Part shown: in pieces, positions 42,760-52,115 of the stretch | How positions within the stretch are numbered: position 1 is the first letter of the stretch | Layout of the letters: every line of letters begins with the position of its first letter | Origin: Candidatus Scatosoma sp. | Lineage (GTDB): Bacteria > Bacillota > Clostridia > Christensenellales > Borkfalkiaceae | Length of the DNA: 64,000 bases | Reading direction: 5' to 3' | Assembly (NCBI GenBank): GCA_045660265.1 | Contig: JAZRDM010000017.1 | Location: 7,221 to 71,220, forward strand | The notes under the pieces: generated by a model | What the model was told of the DNA's origin: nothing | What the model saw: only the letters and a program-made list of their open reading frames with translations | Database searches by the model: none | Translations under genes and position numbers: made by a program

Positions 42760-44426
42760 CGGATTTGAATTTTTTAAGCGTAGGGAGAGCGTTTCCCCCG
42801 ATTGAAGAGGCAAAGCGAATTGCCGAGTGTACAGAAAATGAACTTTTATTTGAAGGGAATAGTCACGCTGCCGAAACAAAACACTTTCGGGAAACATTAA
42901 GCAATCTCAACAAGCTCGCTTTAAAGATGGGCTGGACCGAAAGCTATTTGGCCGTGGAGTTAAACTTTTTTAAGTTCATGTCAAAAAAGACGATGGACTT
43001 TGTTTGCGGTGAATATCCCGATATAACGGTAAGTGGTGATGATCTCAAGAGCAAAGGAAAGAATCCCAAGCAAGCGATCATCGATGAAATTCGAAAGAAT
43101 ACGCACTTTGACGAAAAGCACGGCGATACATGGACAAGGATTCCCATGTACGGCTCTTGCCCGTGGCGTATTTATCGTGACGGTGCTCGTGACACGTTCA
43201 CGCTTGTTCGACCACAAAACTTTTTTAAAATCGTTTCGCCCGAAGATCCTTACAAGGTTACGCAGTACGTCATTACCAATCTTACGTACGACGAAAAGAT
43301 AAAGAAGGTAATACTCACGGCGCAAATTCACGAGAAAGGGAAGTACACCACGCGTCAGTTTTATTGCAAGGCATTTAGCGGTTTCCCCGCGGGGAAGATA
43401 AATGGGTTGCGATACGTGCAACAAGCTATGTATAATAGTGAGAAATCAAATATTTACACGCTCATTCTTGATAAACTCACGGACGAGATATTTCGCTGGG
43501 CTCCCGTGGTGATTGAAAAGGAGATCACGCAAGATTCTCGACCTATCAACACAGGGTTGGACGATTTTGCAATCATCGAGATCAGCAACATCAAGAAGTC
43601 GGATGGAATTTATTCTGCTTGCGATTACGCCGATGTGGAAAGCATCGTGGCAGCACAACAAAGAGTGTTGACCGAAGTGCAGTTGATATTCGATAAATAC
43701 ACGGTGCCGACGGGTTACGGTGATTTAGGAATGGTGTCAGAAGGTGAGGAAGCTGGGGAGAATTTCTTTGAAATCGGTAAATTCTACGGTATCCCGCAAG
43801 GCGGCATGGTGCCCGGCTTTGTTCAGCCTGATATATCGAGACTCGAAGTGTATTTCCGCAAACTGGAGTATCTCGATAAGCAATTACAAATCCTTTCGGA
43901 GTTTGGCGGTGTTATGTCGGCCGGTGTTGTGCCGAGCGGTGTTGCGGTTGATACGATGAAATCGATGTACACGTCGGAGTTGAAGAAAGCGGAACGCTTG
44001 ACGACGAGGAATACGGAGAATGTGAAAAAGCTGTTCAGCCTTTTGTCGAAGTCTTACGGACAGTTTATTTCCTCGGACGAGATCAGCGTAACGTGGTATG
44101 ACGGGCTTCCCAACAGCGAGCAGGCGGATATCACGATTTCGGAAATGAAACTTCGAAACAACTTGACAAGCTGCCGCGAAGAGCTGAGAACTCGATATAA
44201 CAAGACGGAAGACGAGATCGACGGAATTATGGAAGAGATCCGTCAAGAGAAATCGGATTTTTCGACATATAACGCAATGAGTGGCTTCGGCGGCTTTGCT
44301 GGGTTTGGAGGCTTTGGAAACGGCGGTGAGCATATTCCGTTGAAGCGTTCGGAGAGTGAAGAAGACGATCAAGAGTCCGAAGCGGTAGAAGGCGGTGAGG
44401 TAGATGCCGAAGAAGGACAAGTATGA
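42756..44426 (+). CDS. Portal protein
   Basis: 556 aa. ATGA overlap with the terminase gene, acidic C-terminus, followed by a MuF-type gene. Assigned by position and size only. Confidence 0.6.
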   Translation: MTDLNFLSVGRAFPPIEEAKRIAECTENELLFEGNSHAAETKHFRETLSNLNKLALKMGWTESYLAVELNFFKFMSKKTMDFVCGEYPDITVSGDDLKSKGKNPKQAIIDEIRKNTHFDEKHGDTWTRIPMYGSCPWRIYRDGARDTFTLVRPQNFFKIVSPEDPYKVTQYVITNLTYDEKIKKVILTAQIHEKGKYTTRQFYCKAFSGFPAGKINGLRYVQQAMYNSEKSNIYTLILDKLTDEIFRWAPVVIEKEITQDSRPINTGLDDFAIIEISNIKKSDGIYSACDYADVESIVAAQQRVLTEVQLIFDKYTVPTGYGDLGMVSEGEEAGENFFEIGKFYGIPQGGMVPGFVQPDISRLEVYFRKLEYLDKQLQILSEFGGVMSAGVVPSGVAVDTMKSMYTSELKKAERLTTRNTENVKKLFSLLSKSYGQFISSDEISVTWYDGLPNSEQADITISEMKLRNNLTSCREELRTRYNKTEDEIDGIMEEIRQEKSDFSTYNAMSGFGGFAGFGGFGNGGEHIPLKRSESEEDDQESEAVEGGEVDAEEGQV

Positions 44427-45993
44427 CGAAGAAGTCGAGCGAATGCTCCACAAAGTTTTAGGGCGATATCATGATATCTTATTCCAAGCGGCGAACACTA
44501 AAAAGGACGAAGACGTCAACGGATTTAGAGAACGTTTCATAAAAGAGATGCAAGATGGCGTAATGGGGTTTAAAATTGCCGCAAAAGACGTCGTCGATAA
44601 ATATATCCCGAATCTTTCTTCTGTCGGTTTTTCGACTGTTTCTTCAAGTCCTTTGGAACGTTCATCAAAGAACCCTACGGTCGATCCTTCGCGTATAACA
44701 AAAATGCTGCAATCCTTTGGCGCAAATTATAGCGGCGAGGAAATAAAACTCACTACATACGTACGAATGGTCGGCTCTTTGACGACAAGTGTGGATAAAT
44801 ACCGTGAACGCATTGACAACGAAATCAAACGGCGTGAAAGTCAAGGTAAAGTTACGACGATCATGGACTTGCAGGATATGATAATGCGAGACCTTAAAGG
44901 CGATGATATCACGTCGGTAAAGTATGAGAACGGTACGCAGATGCCCGTGGATAAATACGCGGCGATGCTCGCTCGTACTACCCGGGCGGAGACGGAAAAC
45001 CTTTCGATGATCCAACAAGCTTTGCGTGAAGGTATTGATCTTGTAGAATGCGACGAGATCTCGCCTACCTGCGATACCTGTGCCGTTTATCAAGGACGGA
45101 TATACAGCATATCGGGGAAAGATAGCCGTTATCCTGCGTTGTACCAAACGGCATTTAAATCGGGATATTCGATTATTCATCCGAACTGTCGGCATTCGTG
45201 GTTTCCCTATCACGCCGAACTTTATAGCGATGCGGAAAAACGGGAGGCGTTGGATAGGTCAAACCGTTCTTGGCGCACCGACACGGGCGGAAGGCATTTT
45301 CAGCAAACGGAAATTCAAAGAGCGGAATTTGCACGCGGTCAACAACTAATGCGGCAATGGAACTCCGAGCTTGTCGAGTACGAGCGGATGCGTCAACATT
45401 ATGAAGAGCGAAAGGAAGAGCCTCCGTATAAATCACTCGGCGCGTTTAGGCGTGAAGCGCGTAAGCCTATTGAAAAACAGTCGGCTATAATGCGGCAATG
45501 GAAAAATCATAATGGAGATGAAAAGGAATACGAAATTATTAAGAGCTTATTGGGCAAAGAAGCACCGGAAACGCTTGATAAATTCTTAAAAATAAAGTAT
45601 AATAAAGAAGAACAAAAAACGTATAATGTAATGCGTACGGCTGTTTCTGATGATCGAATAAGAAGAAGGCTTGGGAGTGAGAGCTATCCTTTGAGTGTGC
45701 AAACCGATAAACAAGGTAAACACATTCGAGGACATAGGACTTTCATGGCGAATAAAAGCTATTTGGCTGTTGAATCGGTGGAAGAGGGGCAAGCCTTTGC
45801 GGATTATCTTATAAGAAAATATAGTGGTACGGGTAGGCTTGTAAGAGATAAAAACGGTAAATGGACACATAAAGAAATTATTCTTGCGGACGAAATCGTT
45901 GGATTCGTTAAAAACCCTGATGGAGAATGGCAACCGACAAATAAAGCGTGTATTTGTTATGCAAAGGATGGAACCCACATTATACCACATTAA
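44404..45993 (+). CDS. MuF/SPP1-gp7-like head morphogenesis protein fused to a C-terminal polymorphic-toxin domain (type-50-like)
   Basis: MuF core ...RTTRAETEN...CDTCAVYQGRIYS...IIHPNCRHSW. Linker ...PETLDKFLKIKYN... C-terminal DKQGKHIRGHRTF...KSYL...GTGRLV...KEII..EIVGF......T....ICYAKDGTHIIPH. Confidence 0.7.
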   Translation: MPKKDKYDEEVERMLHKVLGRYHDILFQAANTKKDEDVNGFRERFIKEMQDGVMGFKIAAKDVVDKYIPNLSSVGFSTVSSSPLERSSKNPTVDPSRITKMLQSFGANYSGEEIKLTTYVRMVGSLTTSVDKYRERIDNEIKRRESQGKVTTIMDLQDMIMRDLKGDDITSVKYENGTQMPVDKYAAMLARTTRAETENLSMIQQALREGIDLVECDEISPTCDTCAVYQGRIYSISGKDSRYPALYQTAFKSGYSIIHPNCRHSWFPYHAELYSDAEKREALDRSNRSWRTDTGGRHFQQTEIQRAEFARGQQLMRQWNSELVEYERMRQHYEERKEEPPYKSLGAFRREARKPIEKQSAIMRQWKNHNGDEKEYEIIKSLLGKEAPETLDKFLKIKYNKEEQKTYNVMRTAVSDDRIRRRLGSESYPLSVQTDKQGKHIRGHRTFMANKSYLAVESVEEGQAFADYLIRKYSGTGRLVRDKNGKWTHKEIILADEIVGFVKNPDGEWQPTNKACICYAKDGTHIIPH

Positions 45994-46004
45994 AGAGGAG
46001 AAAT

Positions 46005-46214
46005 ATGACAGAACAAGAACTTGAACGATATTTATATAAAAATGTTCGTATTCGGTGTACAGATGGGACTGTGCTGGAGGGATATGTTTTTTATTTCGCC
46101 GATTCAGAAGATAACGAGCCAGAAGAAGCAGGGATTATTCTTTCAGAGAACAAATATTTTAAGCGTGATGTTGAAGTTGCGTTGAGTTCCATTAAAACAA
46201 TTGAAATTATTTAA
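46005..46214 (+). CDS. Candidate immunity protein for the MuF toxin (69 aa)
   Basis: GAGGAG then ATG at 46005, 11 nt after the toxin stop. Small acidic protein. Assigned by position only. Confidence 0.45.
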   Translation: MTEQELERYLYKNVRIRCTDGTVLEGYVFYFADSEDNEPEEAGIILSENKYFKRDVEVALSSIKTIEII

Positions 46215-46222
46215 AAAGCATT

Positions 46223-46238
46223 TTGCAATTGACTGCAA
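46223..46238. repeat. TTGCA-N6-TGCAA motif, copy 4 (TTGCAATTGACTGCAA), at the top of a terminator-like hairpin
   Basis: AAAAAGCATTTTGCA-ATTGAC-TGCAAAGTGCTTTTTT at 46215-46250. Confidence 0.7.
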
Positions 46239-46328
46239 AGTGCTTTTTTCATATCTAAAAAGAAAGAACTAAAAAAAGAAATGAAATTAAATAACAAGGA
46301 GGAGTAAAGGGTGGATTACGGATAATGT

Positions 46329-46344
46329 TTGCATTCAAATGCAA
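46329..46344. repeat. TTGCA-N6-TGCAA motif, copy 5 (TTGCATTCAAATGCAA)
   Basis: Intergenic, followed by a second hairpin AAGGACAACG-TTTCGG-CGTTGTTCTT plus a T-run at about 46362-46392. Confidence 0.6.
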
Positions 46345-46484
46345 AATATAAGGTAGGCAATTAAGGACAACGTTTCGGCGTTGTTCTTTTATTTATGCAA
46401 AATGCGGCTACGGCGATATGTGGCAAACATAAAAAATCTCGGAGCGGAGCGAACCGTGACGAAAAAGTGTAAGGAGAAATTTTT

Positions 46485-47042
46485 ATGAAAAGAGAAGACT
46501 TAAAAGCAAAAGGTTATACGGATGAACAAATCGACCACATTCTTGACGAATTCCACAAAGAGCAGGAAGGCTTGAAAGGGCAAATCCAAACGCTCACGAC
46601 GGAAAGGGATGCGGCAAGAGGCGAGGTCGCGAAATATAAGCAGGGCGGAGAGCTTTATCAGGATCCTACGGAGCTTGAAACCTTGCGTAAGTTCAAAACG
46701 GATACTGAAGCTGAAAAGGAAAAGGCAACCAAGGACAAGGCGTTTGACGCCATGCTTGAAAATCTTAAAGTAAAAAGCGATATGAGACCGCTGATCAAGA
46801 GAAATCTTGATTATAGCAAACTTGTCTTAACGGATAAGGGAGAAGTATCACCCGATTACGAGAAGGGATTTTCGGACGAACTCAAAGCTGTTTGCCCGAC
46901 AGCTTTCGACGTACCGCCCAACGGCACTGGTATCGGTTATGGTAATAGTACGCCCGGTACGAATGCAAACGGTAGCGGAAAAGTCGCGCCGCCCACTATT
47001 TCAGAGTGGAACGCGGCTATCGCGGCAAAAACAAAAAGTTAA
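46485..47042 (+). CDS. Scaffolding protein (GP20-like)
   Basis: MKREDLKAKGYTDEQIDHILDEFHKE and a coiled-coil middle. Directly upstream of the capsid gene. Confidence 0.65.
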   Translation: MKREDLKAKGYTDEQIDHILDEFHKEQEGLKGQIQTLTTERDAARGEVAKYKQGGELYQDPTELETLRKFKTDTEAEKEKATKDKAFDAMLENLKVKSDMRPLIKRNLDYSKLVLTDKGEVSPDYEKGFSDELKAVCPTAFDVPPNGTGIGYGNSTPGTNANGSGKVAPPTISEWNAAIAAKTKS

Positions 47043-47061
47043 AGAATAGGAGAAAAGAATT

Positions 47062-48042
47062 ATGTTGACTTTGGCAGAATACAAAGTAGGGTTAAGAGAT
47101 CATATCGATCAGCTTGTCGTAGACGAATTCCGTAGGAACTCGGAACTTCTCGATATGTTGCTGTTCGATGATGCGGTAGCGGCGAACGGTAGCGGTTCGA
47201 CGCTCGTGTATGGGTATAATCGTTTGCTTACGCCTTCGGGCGCGGCATCAAGAGCTATTAACGGCGATTATGCAGCAAGCGATGCAAAGCGCAAGGAAGA
47301 TTTTACGCATCTCGTTATCATGGGCGGTTTGTTTGACATCGACCGTGTTATCGCGAAGACGTCTGGTCAAAACGATGAAGTACAGTTTCAGTTAAAAGAT
47401 AAGATTCGCGCGACGGCAAACTATTTCCATTATCTCGCGTTAAACGGCGTAGAGAAGAAAGATGAAGCGACGGGCTCTTATACGGAGTTTAACGGGCTTT
47501 CGAAGTTGCTGACGGGCGCATCGACGGAATTGCCGTCGGAGGTTGATCTGGCTACTTGGGGTGATGACGACAAGAAGACGGCGTTTGCTTTGATCGATGA
47601 GATTGAAGATATGCTGTCTGCGATGCTCGCCAAGCCGAATGCATTGTTGATGAACAGACAAATGCTTGTCAAATTGAAATCGGCAGCTCGCCGCGCAGGT
47701 TATCTCGAACGTACGGAAAGCGCATTTGGTACGCCTATCGATACGTACAACGGCATCAAGATGTTGGACGTAGGCGAATACTACGATCCGACGACGCAAA
47801 CGTCCAAGCTGGCTATTCCTACGGTAGCAGGCAAGACGGACATCTTTGCGGTAAATACTGATCGAGACGGTTTTATCGGCGTATCGTGTCAAGGCGGCGC
47901 ATCGCTTATTGAAAGCAGACTTCCCGATTTCAGCCGTCCCGAAGCGGTACAAAAGGGCTCGGTCGAAATGCTTGCGTCGGTGGCGCTCAAAAACACTAAG
48001 AAGGCGGCCGTTCTTCGTGGTATCACGATCTCGGCTACTTAA
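47062..48042 (+). CDS. Major capsid protein
   Basis: 326 aa, follows the scaffold gene, and is followed by an attenuator-like hairpin. Assigned by position and size. Confidence 0.65.
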   Translation: MLTLAEYKVGLRDHIDQLVVDEFRRNSELLDMLLFDDAVAANGSGSTLVYGYNRLLTPSGAASRAINGDYAASDAKRKEDFTHLVIMGGLFDIDRVIAKTSGQNDEVQFQLKDKIRATANYFHYLALNGVEKKDEATGSYTEFNGLSKLLTGASTELPSEVDLATWGDDDKKTAFALIDEIEDMLSAMLAKPNALLMNRQMLVKLKSAARRAGYLERTESAFGTPIDTYNGIKMLDVGEYYDPTTQTSKLAIPTVAGKTDIFAVNTDRDGFIGVSCQGGASLIESRLPDFSRPEAVQKGSVEMLASVALKNTKKAAVLRGITISAT

Positions 48043-48055
48043 AGAACAACGGAAT

Positions 48056-48084
48056 AAAGGCGGCGGATATCCGTCGCCTTTATA
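48056..48084 (+). terminator. Hairpin after the capsid gene (weak U-tract, probably a partial terminator)
   Basis: AAAGGCGGCGG-ATAT-CCGTCGCCTTT. Confidence 0.45.
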
Positions 48085-48100
48085 ATCAAAGGAGAGTAAT

Positions 48101-48568
48101 ATGCTTGTAGTAGGAGAAAACACCTATATCACAATATTCGAAGCGGACGCGTTGATTGCTCAACGGCTTGACCGGTACAATGAATTGAGATTGTTTTGGG
48201 AAACGTTTTCCGATACGGAAAAAGAACAGTATCTTATCCGTGCAGTCGAACAAATGGAAAACGTTATGTATCCCGGGCGAAAGACTTTTCCTAACCAGCC
48301 CCTTACCTTTCCGAGATATCCGTCTTACGAAGTCCCCAAGGATATCAAACTCGCGCAAGCGTATAATGCGCTTGGATTTCTCAATAAAGACATTAAGGCG
48401 GCGTCGGAAGGAAGTAAATCGGTATACGCTCAAATGGGTGTTGTTTTTGGCGCGTCAAACGGGCTTAATTCGGGCGAAACGAGCTTGTCCAAGGAAGAGC
48501 TCTACGCGAGCGAGAAAACGGCTGAAATTATGAAAAGACACCGCCGTGGTGGTTTTCGAATGAGATAG
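48101..48568 (+). CDS. Head-tail connector/adaptor protein
   Basis: YITIFEADALIAQRL......W......EKEQYLIRAVEQME...YPGRK...QPLTFPR pattern typical of gp6/DnaT-like adaptors. Confidence 0.5.
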   Translation: MLVVGENTYITIFEADALIAQRLDRYNELRLFWETFSDTEKEQYLIRAVEQMENVMYPGRKTFPNQPLTFPRYPSYEVPKDIKLAQAYNALGFLNKDIKAASEGSKSVYAQMGVVFGASNGLNSGETSLSKEELYASEKTAEIMKRHRRGGFRMR

Positions 48569-48578
48569 GAGGGGAGAG

Positions 48579-48977
48579 ATGAAGAAATATCCGATCATGA
48601 TAACCGAGACGGATCTCCAAAATAGGGGTATCCATGCGACAAGCCAAGAAAAAATGCAGCAGCTGTTGTACTATACGCATTTATGCTTTTACGATTTTAT
48701 CGTTTATACGTCGATGAAAACCAACCGAAAGCGGTTGATCGAGATGTATAAGGACGAACTGGAAGAAGATATCAAAGAAATTCTTTGCACGATTGCTTGG
48801 GGCGTCGATCGTAACGGCGATTTTGTCGGGCTCGACAACGGTCAACTGCGCCGAGCGGACGAGGGGATCGAGATCAAACCGTTGTCGGAACGCTTGATCT
48901 CGGTGGTGCCGACGGTCGTTTGGAGTCAAATCGCAGGGCTTGAGCCGAATATAATCTTTTCGGGCGGTGAGATCTAA
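48579..48977 (+). CDS. Hypothetical head/tail-joining protein
   Basis: Position in the connector block only. Confidence 0.4.
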   Translation: MKKYPIMITETDLQNRGIHATSQEKMQQLLYYTHLCFYDFIVYTSMKTNRKRLIEMYKDELEEDIKEILCTIAWGVDRNGDFVGLDNGQLRRADEGIEIKPLSERLISVVPTVVWSQIAGLEPNIIFSGGEI

Positions 48978-49276
48978 TGAAATACAAACAATGTCAAATA
49001 TTCCGCGGCGTAGATCGTAAGATCGTATTCGCTACGGTGGATATAGAAACGAGTTCGCCGTTGACCGTTTATTCTGGTTTTGAAAACGACGGATTTCGAG
49101 AAATGAAGCAAATGACGGCGAACGTCTCAGAGACGGATGTTTTTCTCGACGGTACGGGAAATAACATGATTGTCCCGAACGTTGGGGAATTTAAGATAAC
49201 GGCGATTTTGCGAAAGCAAGTAAATGCGGGGGATTTTAAAGCGAAGTACAGATATACTTTAACATTGGAGGGGTAA
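48977..49276 (+). CDS. Hypothetical head/tail-joining protein
   Basis: Start overlaps the upstream stop. Assigned by position only. Confidence 0.4.
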   Translation: MKYKQCQIFRGVDRKIVFATVDIETSSPLTVYSGFENDGFREMKQMTANVSETDVFLDGTGNNMIVPNVGEFKITAILRKQVNAGDFKAKYRYTLTLEG

Positions 49277-49277
49277 G

Positions 49278-49607
49278 ATGGATGATGAAGATATGAGCGT
49301 GGAACTTCACGCTTACGTGACCGACCTTGTGCGGATAATTAAAAAGAATTCCCCGAAGCGTGACGACGATTCGTATCCGCACGTTATCAAGAAGAACGGC
49401 ATCATCATATCGCCTTTCCCCGGCAATCTTAAAAAGAACGGTAATCAAATTGTGGATAACGGTGAAGGCTATCAGTTAAAGCACGGCTACGAGCCCGCGC
49501 GATATGCGTTAGACGCAAACAGACATAGCCGAAAGCCGCAGTATATAGAAAAGTCTATCGGCGAATTTGCGGCGCTGATGGAACGACTTGGATGGGAGCA
49601 AGTGTAA
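49278..49607 (+). CDS. Hypothetical head/tail-joining protein
   Basis: Position only. Confidence 0.4.
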   Translation: MDDEDMSVELHAYVTDLVRIIKKNSPKRDDDSYPHVIKKNGIIISPFPGNLKKNGNQIVDNGEGYQLKHGYEPARYALDANRHSRKPQYIEKSIGEFAALMERLGWEQV

Positions 49608-49608
49608 T

Positions 49609-50526
49609 ATGGCAATCGAGAAGCAAGTTTTTAATATGCGTTTTAAAAACGAGGAGAAATATATCAACGGGAAAAGCATCGCAAAGCTGTTGCAGGCAAT
49701 ACTCAACGCGGCGCACGGCAGCCCTGAGTTTTACGTGGCGTATCAGAAAGATACCGCGACCGATAAACCTGCCAAGTACGGCGGTGTACTCTCTTGCGAG
49801 ATCGAGCCTTTTTCCTTGCGCGGTACGCTTGCACAAACCATCAACATCGATTATAAGTGTAAAGTATCAACGCAGAACGAGGCGGAACACGCCACCGTCA
49901 ATAAAACGTTAGAGAATATTCTCGGTCCGATCGACGGTACGTTTGACGTATCGGAAGATGGTACTACGGTGCGGTATTCTTTTTGGAGTAATTTCCGATA
50001 CGCAAAACCTTTTACGCCGGGGGAACTCGACGGGGCTGCCTATTATACGACGTACAATATCAAAGGATATATGCACGTTATCCGCGAAGGCGGAGCACGG
50101 CTGTCTAACGAGGTTAAATCGTATATCAAGCTCGACGGCGTTAAATACGAGGTTGCGCTGCGGCGCGGTAGCACAGGCGTAGCGTTCAACGTGTCGAATC
50201 CGTTAAAGGCAAACTGTTTCTTGGCGGCAACGGAGTATATCTCCGCAGGATACGCGAAGTCAATGGCTATACTTTATAAGGATGATATCGTTTGCGGTCT
50301 GTTGCGTGATTTTTGCGAGCACGTTGACGGGCAGAATGGCGGTCCGTTCTTTAATCAAGAAACGGGGAAACCCGAGATCGTCATCGTGGAAGAATACCCC
50401 GACCGCGATATCGAAACTACGTACTATATCGTACAGCTGACGTGCGAGAGAGAAAGCGGCGCGTACATGGCGTTTAATCTTTCTTTGATGCATCGCGAGG
50501 AAACGGTTATCACCTACGACGAGTAA
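49609..50526 (+). CDS. Putative major tail/tube protein
   Basis: ATG at 49609 (the track starts at 49588). 305 aa, first large gene after the connector block. Assigned by position only. Confidence 0.35.
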   Translation: MAIEKQVFNMRFKNEEKYINGKSIAKLLQAILNAAHGSPEFYVAYQKDTATDKPAKYGGVLSCEIEPFSLRGTLAQTINIDYKCKVSTQNEAEHATVNKTLENILGPIDGTFDVSEDGTTVRYSFWSNFRYAKPFTPGELDGAAYYTTYNIKGYMHVIREGGARLSNEVKSYIKLDGVKYEVALRRGSTGVAFNVSNPLKANCFLAATEYISAGYAKSMAILYKDDIVCGLLRDFCEHVDGQNGGPFFNQETGKPEIVIVEEYPDRDIETTYYIVQLTCERESGAYMAFNLSLMHREETVITYDE

Positions 50527-50537
50527 AGGAGAATACT

Positions 50538-51011
50538 ATGGAAATAACAGGCGCAACGTTTAATTTTACAAAGACCGTAAACGGTGGCTCGGGCGGTGGT
50601 GGTAGCGGAAACAGAGCTACGCCCGAACATCCTGTTGACGAAGGTTCGGGAAAACCTGCGTTTCCCGGCGATAATATGCCAGAAGAGCCTGACTTAAAAG
50701 GCGCGTTTGTATTCGATACGATTAAAAAAGGCGTGCAGAATACGATGTCGGCTTTGTTATCCAACGTGTCGGGCTCGCCTACGTTGCAAGTACAATTACA
50801 AGCGGCGCAAAAAATTGGTGGTAAAATTATTGCGTACGGGGCGGCGGCGTTAACGCAAAACTGGGTAGCTTTGACGACGATGGTCATTGCCGATTTGACG
50901 ACCGCCTTTTTCGACAACGCAAATTTGACGCGTGATAAGGCTTGGGCGACGTACAGTCAAGAGCAGTACGCGGAACGGCGTGGATATTCGACGGCAAGAA
51001 ATCGAAAATGA
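50538..51011 (+). CDS. Hypothetical structural protein with Gly-rich N-terminus and hydrophobic segment
   Basis: GGSGGGGSG and IIAYGAAALTQNWVALTTMVIADL. Function unknown. Confidence 0.4.
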   Translation: MEITGATFNFTKTVNGGSGGGGSGNRATPEHPVDEGSGKPAFPGDNMPEEPDLKGAFVFDTIKKGVQNTMSALLSNVSGSPTLQVQLQAAQKIGGKIIAYGAAALTQNWVALTTMVIADLTTAFFDNANLTRDKAWATYSQEQYAERRGYSTARNRK

Positions 51012-51067
51012 GTCGCTTATTTGTACAAAAAGAATATAAAAAGCATATTATTTTTGTTGAAAACTAC

Positions 51068-51096
51068 TTGACAGGTGTTAATATGTTTGATAAAAT
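51068..51096 (+). promoter_or_regulatory. Promoter of the inserted cassette (TTGACA-17-TAAAAT with extended -10 TG)
   Basis: TTGACA at 51068-51073, TGA at 51088-51090, TAAAAT at 51091-51096. Confidence 0.6.
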
Positions 51097-51103
51097 AATA
51101 TTA

Positions 51104-51164
51104 TAATCTTGGTTATAGCCTAGCTATAGATAATACAAAAGAAGAATATTAATCTTGGATATAG
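51104..51164 (+). repeat. Two 15-bp direct repeats TAATCTTGG(T/A)TATAG (51104-51118 and 51150-51164) downstream of the cassette promoter
   Basis: 14 of 15 positions identical, 46-bp spacing, in the 5' leader of the cassette. Candidate operator. Confidence 0.5.
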
Positions 51165-51225
51165 TAGTAATATTGATGAGATTTTATATAATAATTTAAA
51201 GGAAGTTTTATAGTTCTATAAAACA

Positions 51226-51516
51226 ATGGAAAAATATATGGCCATTGGAACAGAAGCGAGAAAGGTTTTAGAAAGGAATTTAAAATTGAATATAAGACAA
51301 ATGGGTATGCCCGCTTTTGCTGAGAATGCACATATTCAATCTATTACAGGAAAAACTGTTTCATATTCGAAAGATTTTGACGCCAGAGTAATGGCGAGAG
51401 GTAATGCATTATTGTCGTTATCTCGTGGTGATACGGAAGAGGAAATTAACGCAAAAATCGATGTTGCGATTAGAAAGAGAAATGACGATCGAAGAAAGAG
51501 TAAAAAGAATATCTGA
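51226..51516 (+). CDS. Small protein with basic C-terminal tail (96 aa; alternative start at Met5)
   Basis: MEKYMAIGTEARKVLERNLKLNIRQMGMPAFAENAHIQSITGKTVSY...RKRNDDRRKSKKNI. Weak RBS. No family recognised. Confidence 0.45.
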   Translation: MEKYMAIGTEARKVLERNLKLNIRQMGMPAFAENAHIQSITGKTVSYSKDFDARVMARGNALLSLSRGDTEEEINAKIDVAIRKRNDDRRKSKKNI

Positions 51517-52114
51517 TGATTATTTAAAAATTGTATGCCCGATGGTTATGCAATATGAAATTTTAACGAACCAATTCCCTCTTGCAATATTAAATGAAAT
51601 TCGTGATATATTTACGCATTTAGCAAAGTATTATACTGAGGATGATGAAAAAACGAAATCGATTGAAATTTCCAGAGCGGAAGGTCATGCAATAAGAGCA
51701 AAACGCGATGCTTATAAATTTGTTTGTATTGCGTTTGAAGATAAATATAGTAGCTTTATGAAGAGTTGCGAGAATGTGGATTTATCTTTAATTAGTGATG
51801 GTAAATTTTTGCCAAAGTTATTATCTTTGCATGATGAAGCTATTGACTTTTTGGAAAAAGCAAGACATCTTGAGTTAAAGACAACACCAGAAGATTTTTC
51901 GTTAGATTGTGCGATTTATGAGACGTATGATGCTGCGTACGTAAAATATAACGAATTAAATGATTTCATAAAAAGCATGAATTCTGTTATTGAAACAATG
52001 AAAGGAAGAATTGCAAAAAAAATCAAGAAAGAAAAACTGTATGAGATTTTAACTTGGGTTTTTGGTGTAGCCACCATAGTAAGTACTGTATTGGCTGTGA
52101 TTGCGATACTTTAA
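51482..52114 (+). CDS. Tail-anchored all-helical protein with an RDIFTH (Rx4H) motif (210 aa)
   Basis: ATG at 51482 overlaps the upstream gene by 35 nt (the track starts at 51404). The C-terminal 25 aa LYEILTWVFGVATIVSTVLAVIAIL are hydrophobic. No family recognised. Confidence 0.55.
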   Translation: MTIEERVKRISDDYLKIVCPMVMQYEILTNQFPLAILNEIRDIFTHLAKYYTEDDEKTKSIEISRAEGHAIRAKRDAYKFVCIAFEDKYSSFMKSCENVDLSLISDGKFLPKLLSLHDEAIDFLEKARHLELKTTPEDFSLDCAIYETYDAAYVKYNELNDFIKSMNSVIETMKGRIAKKIKKEKLYEILTWVFGVATIVSTVLAVIAIL

Positions 52115-52115
52115 G

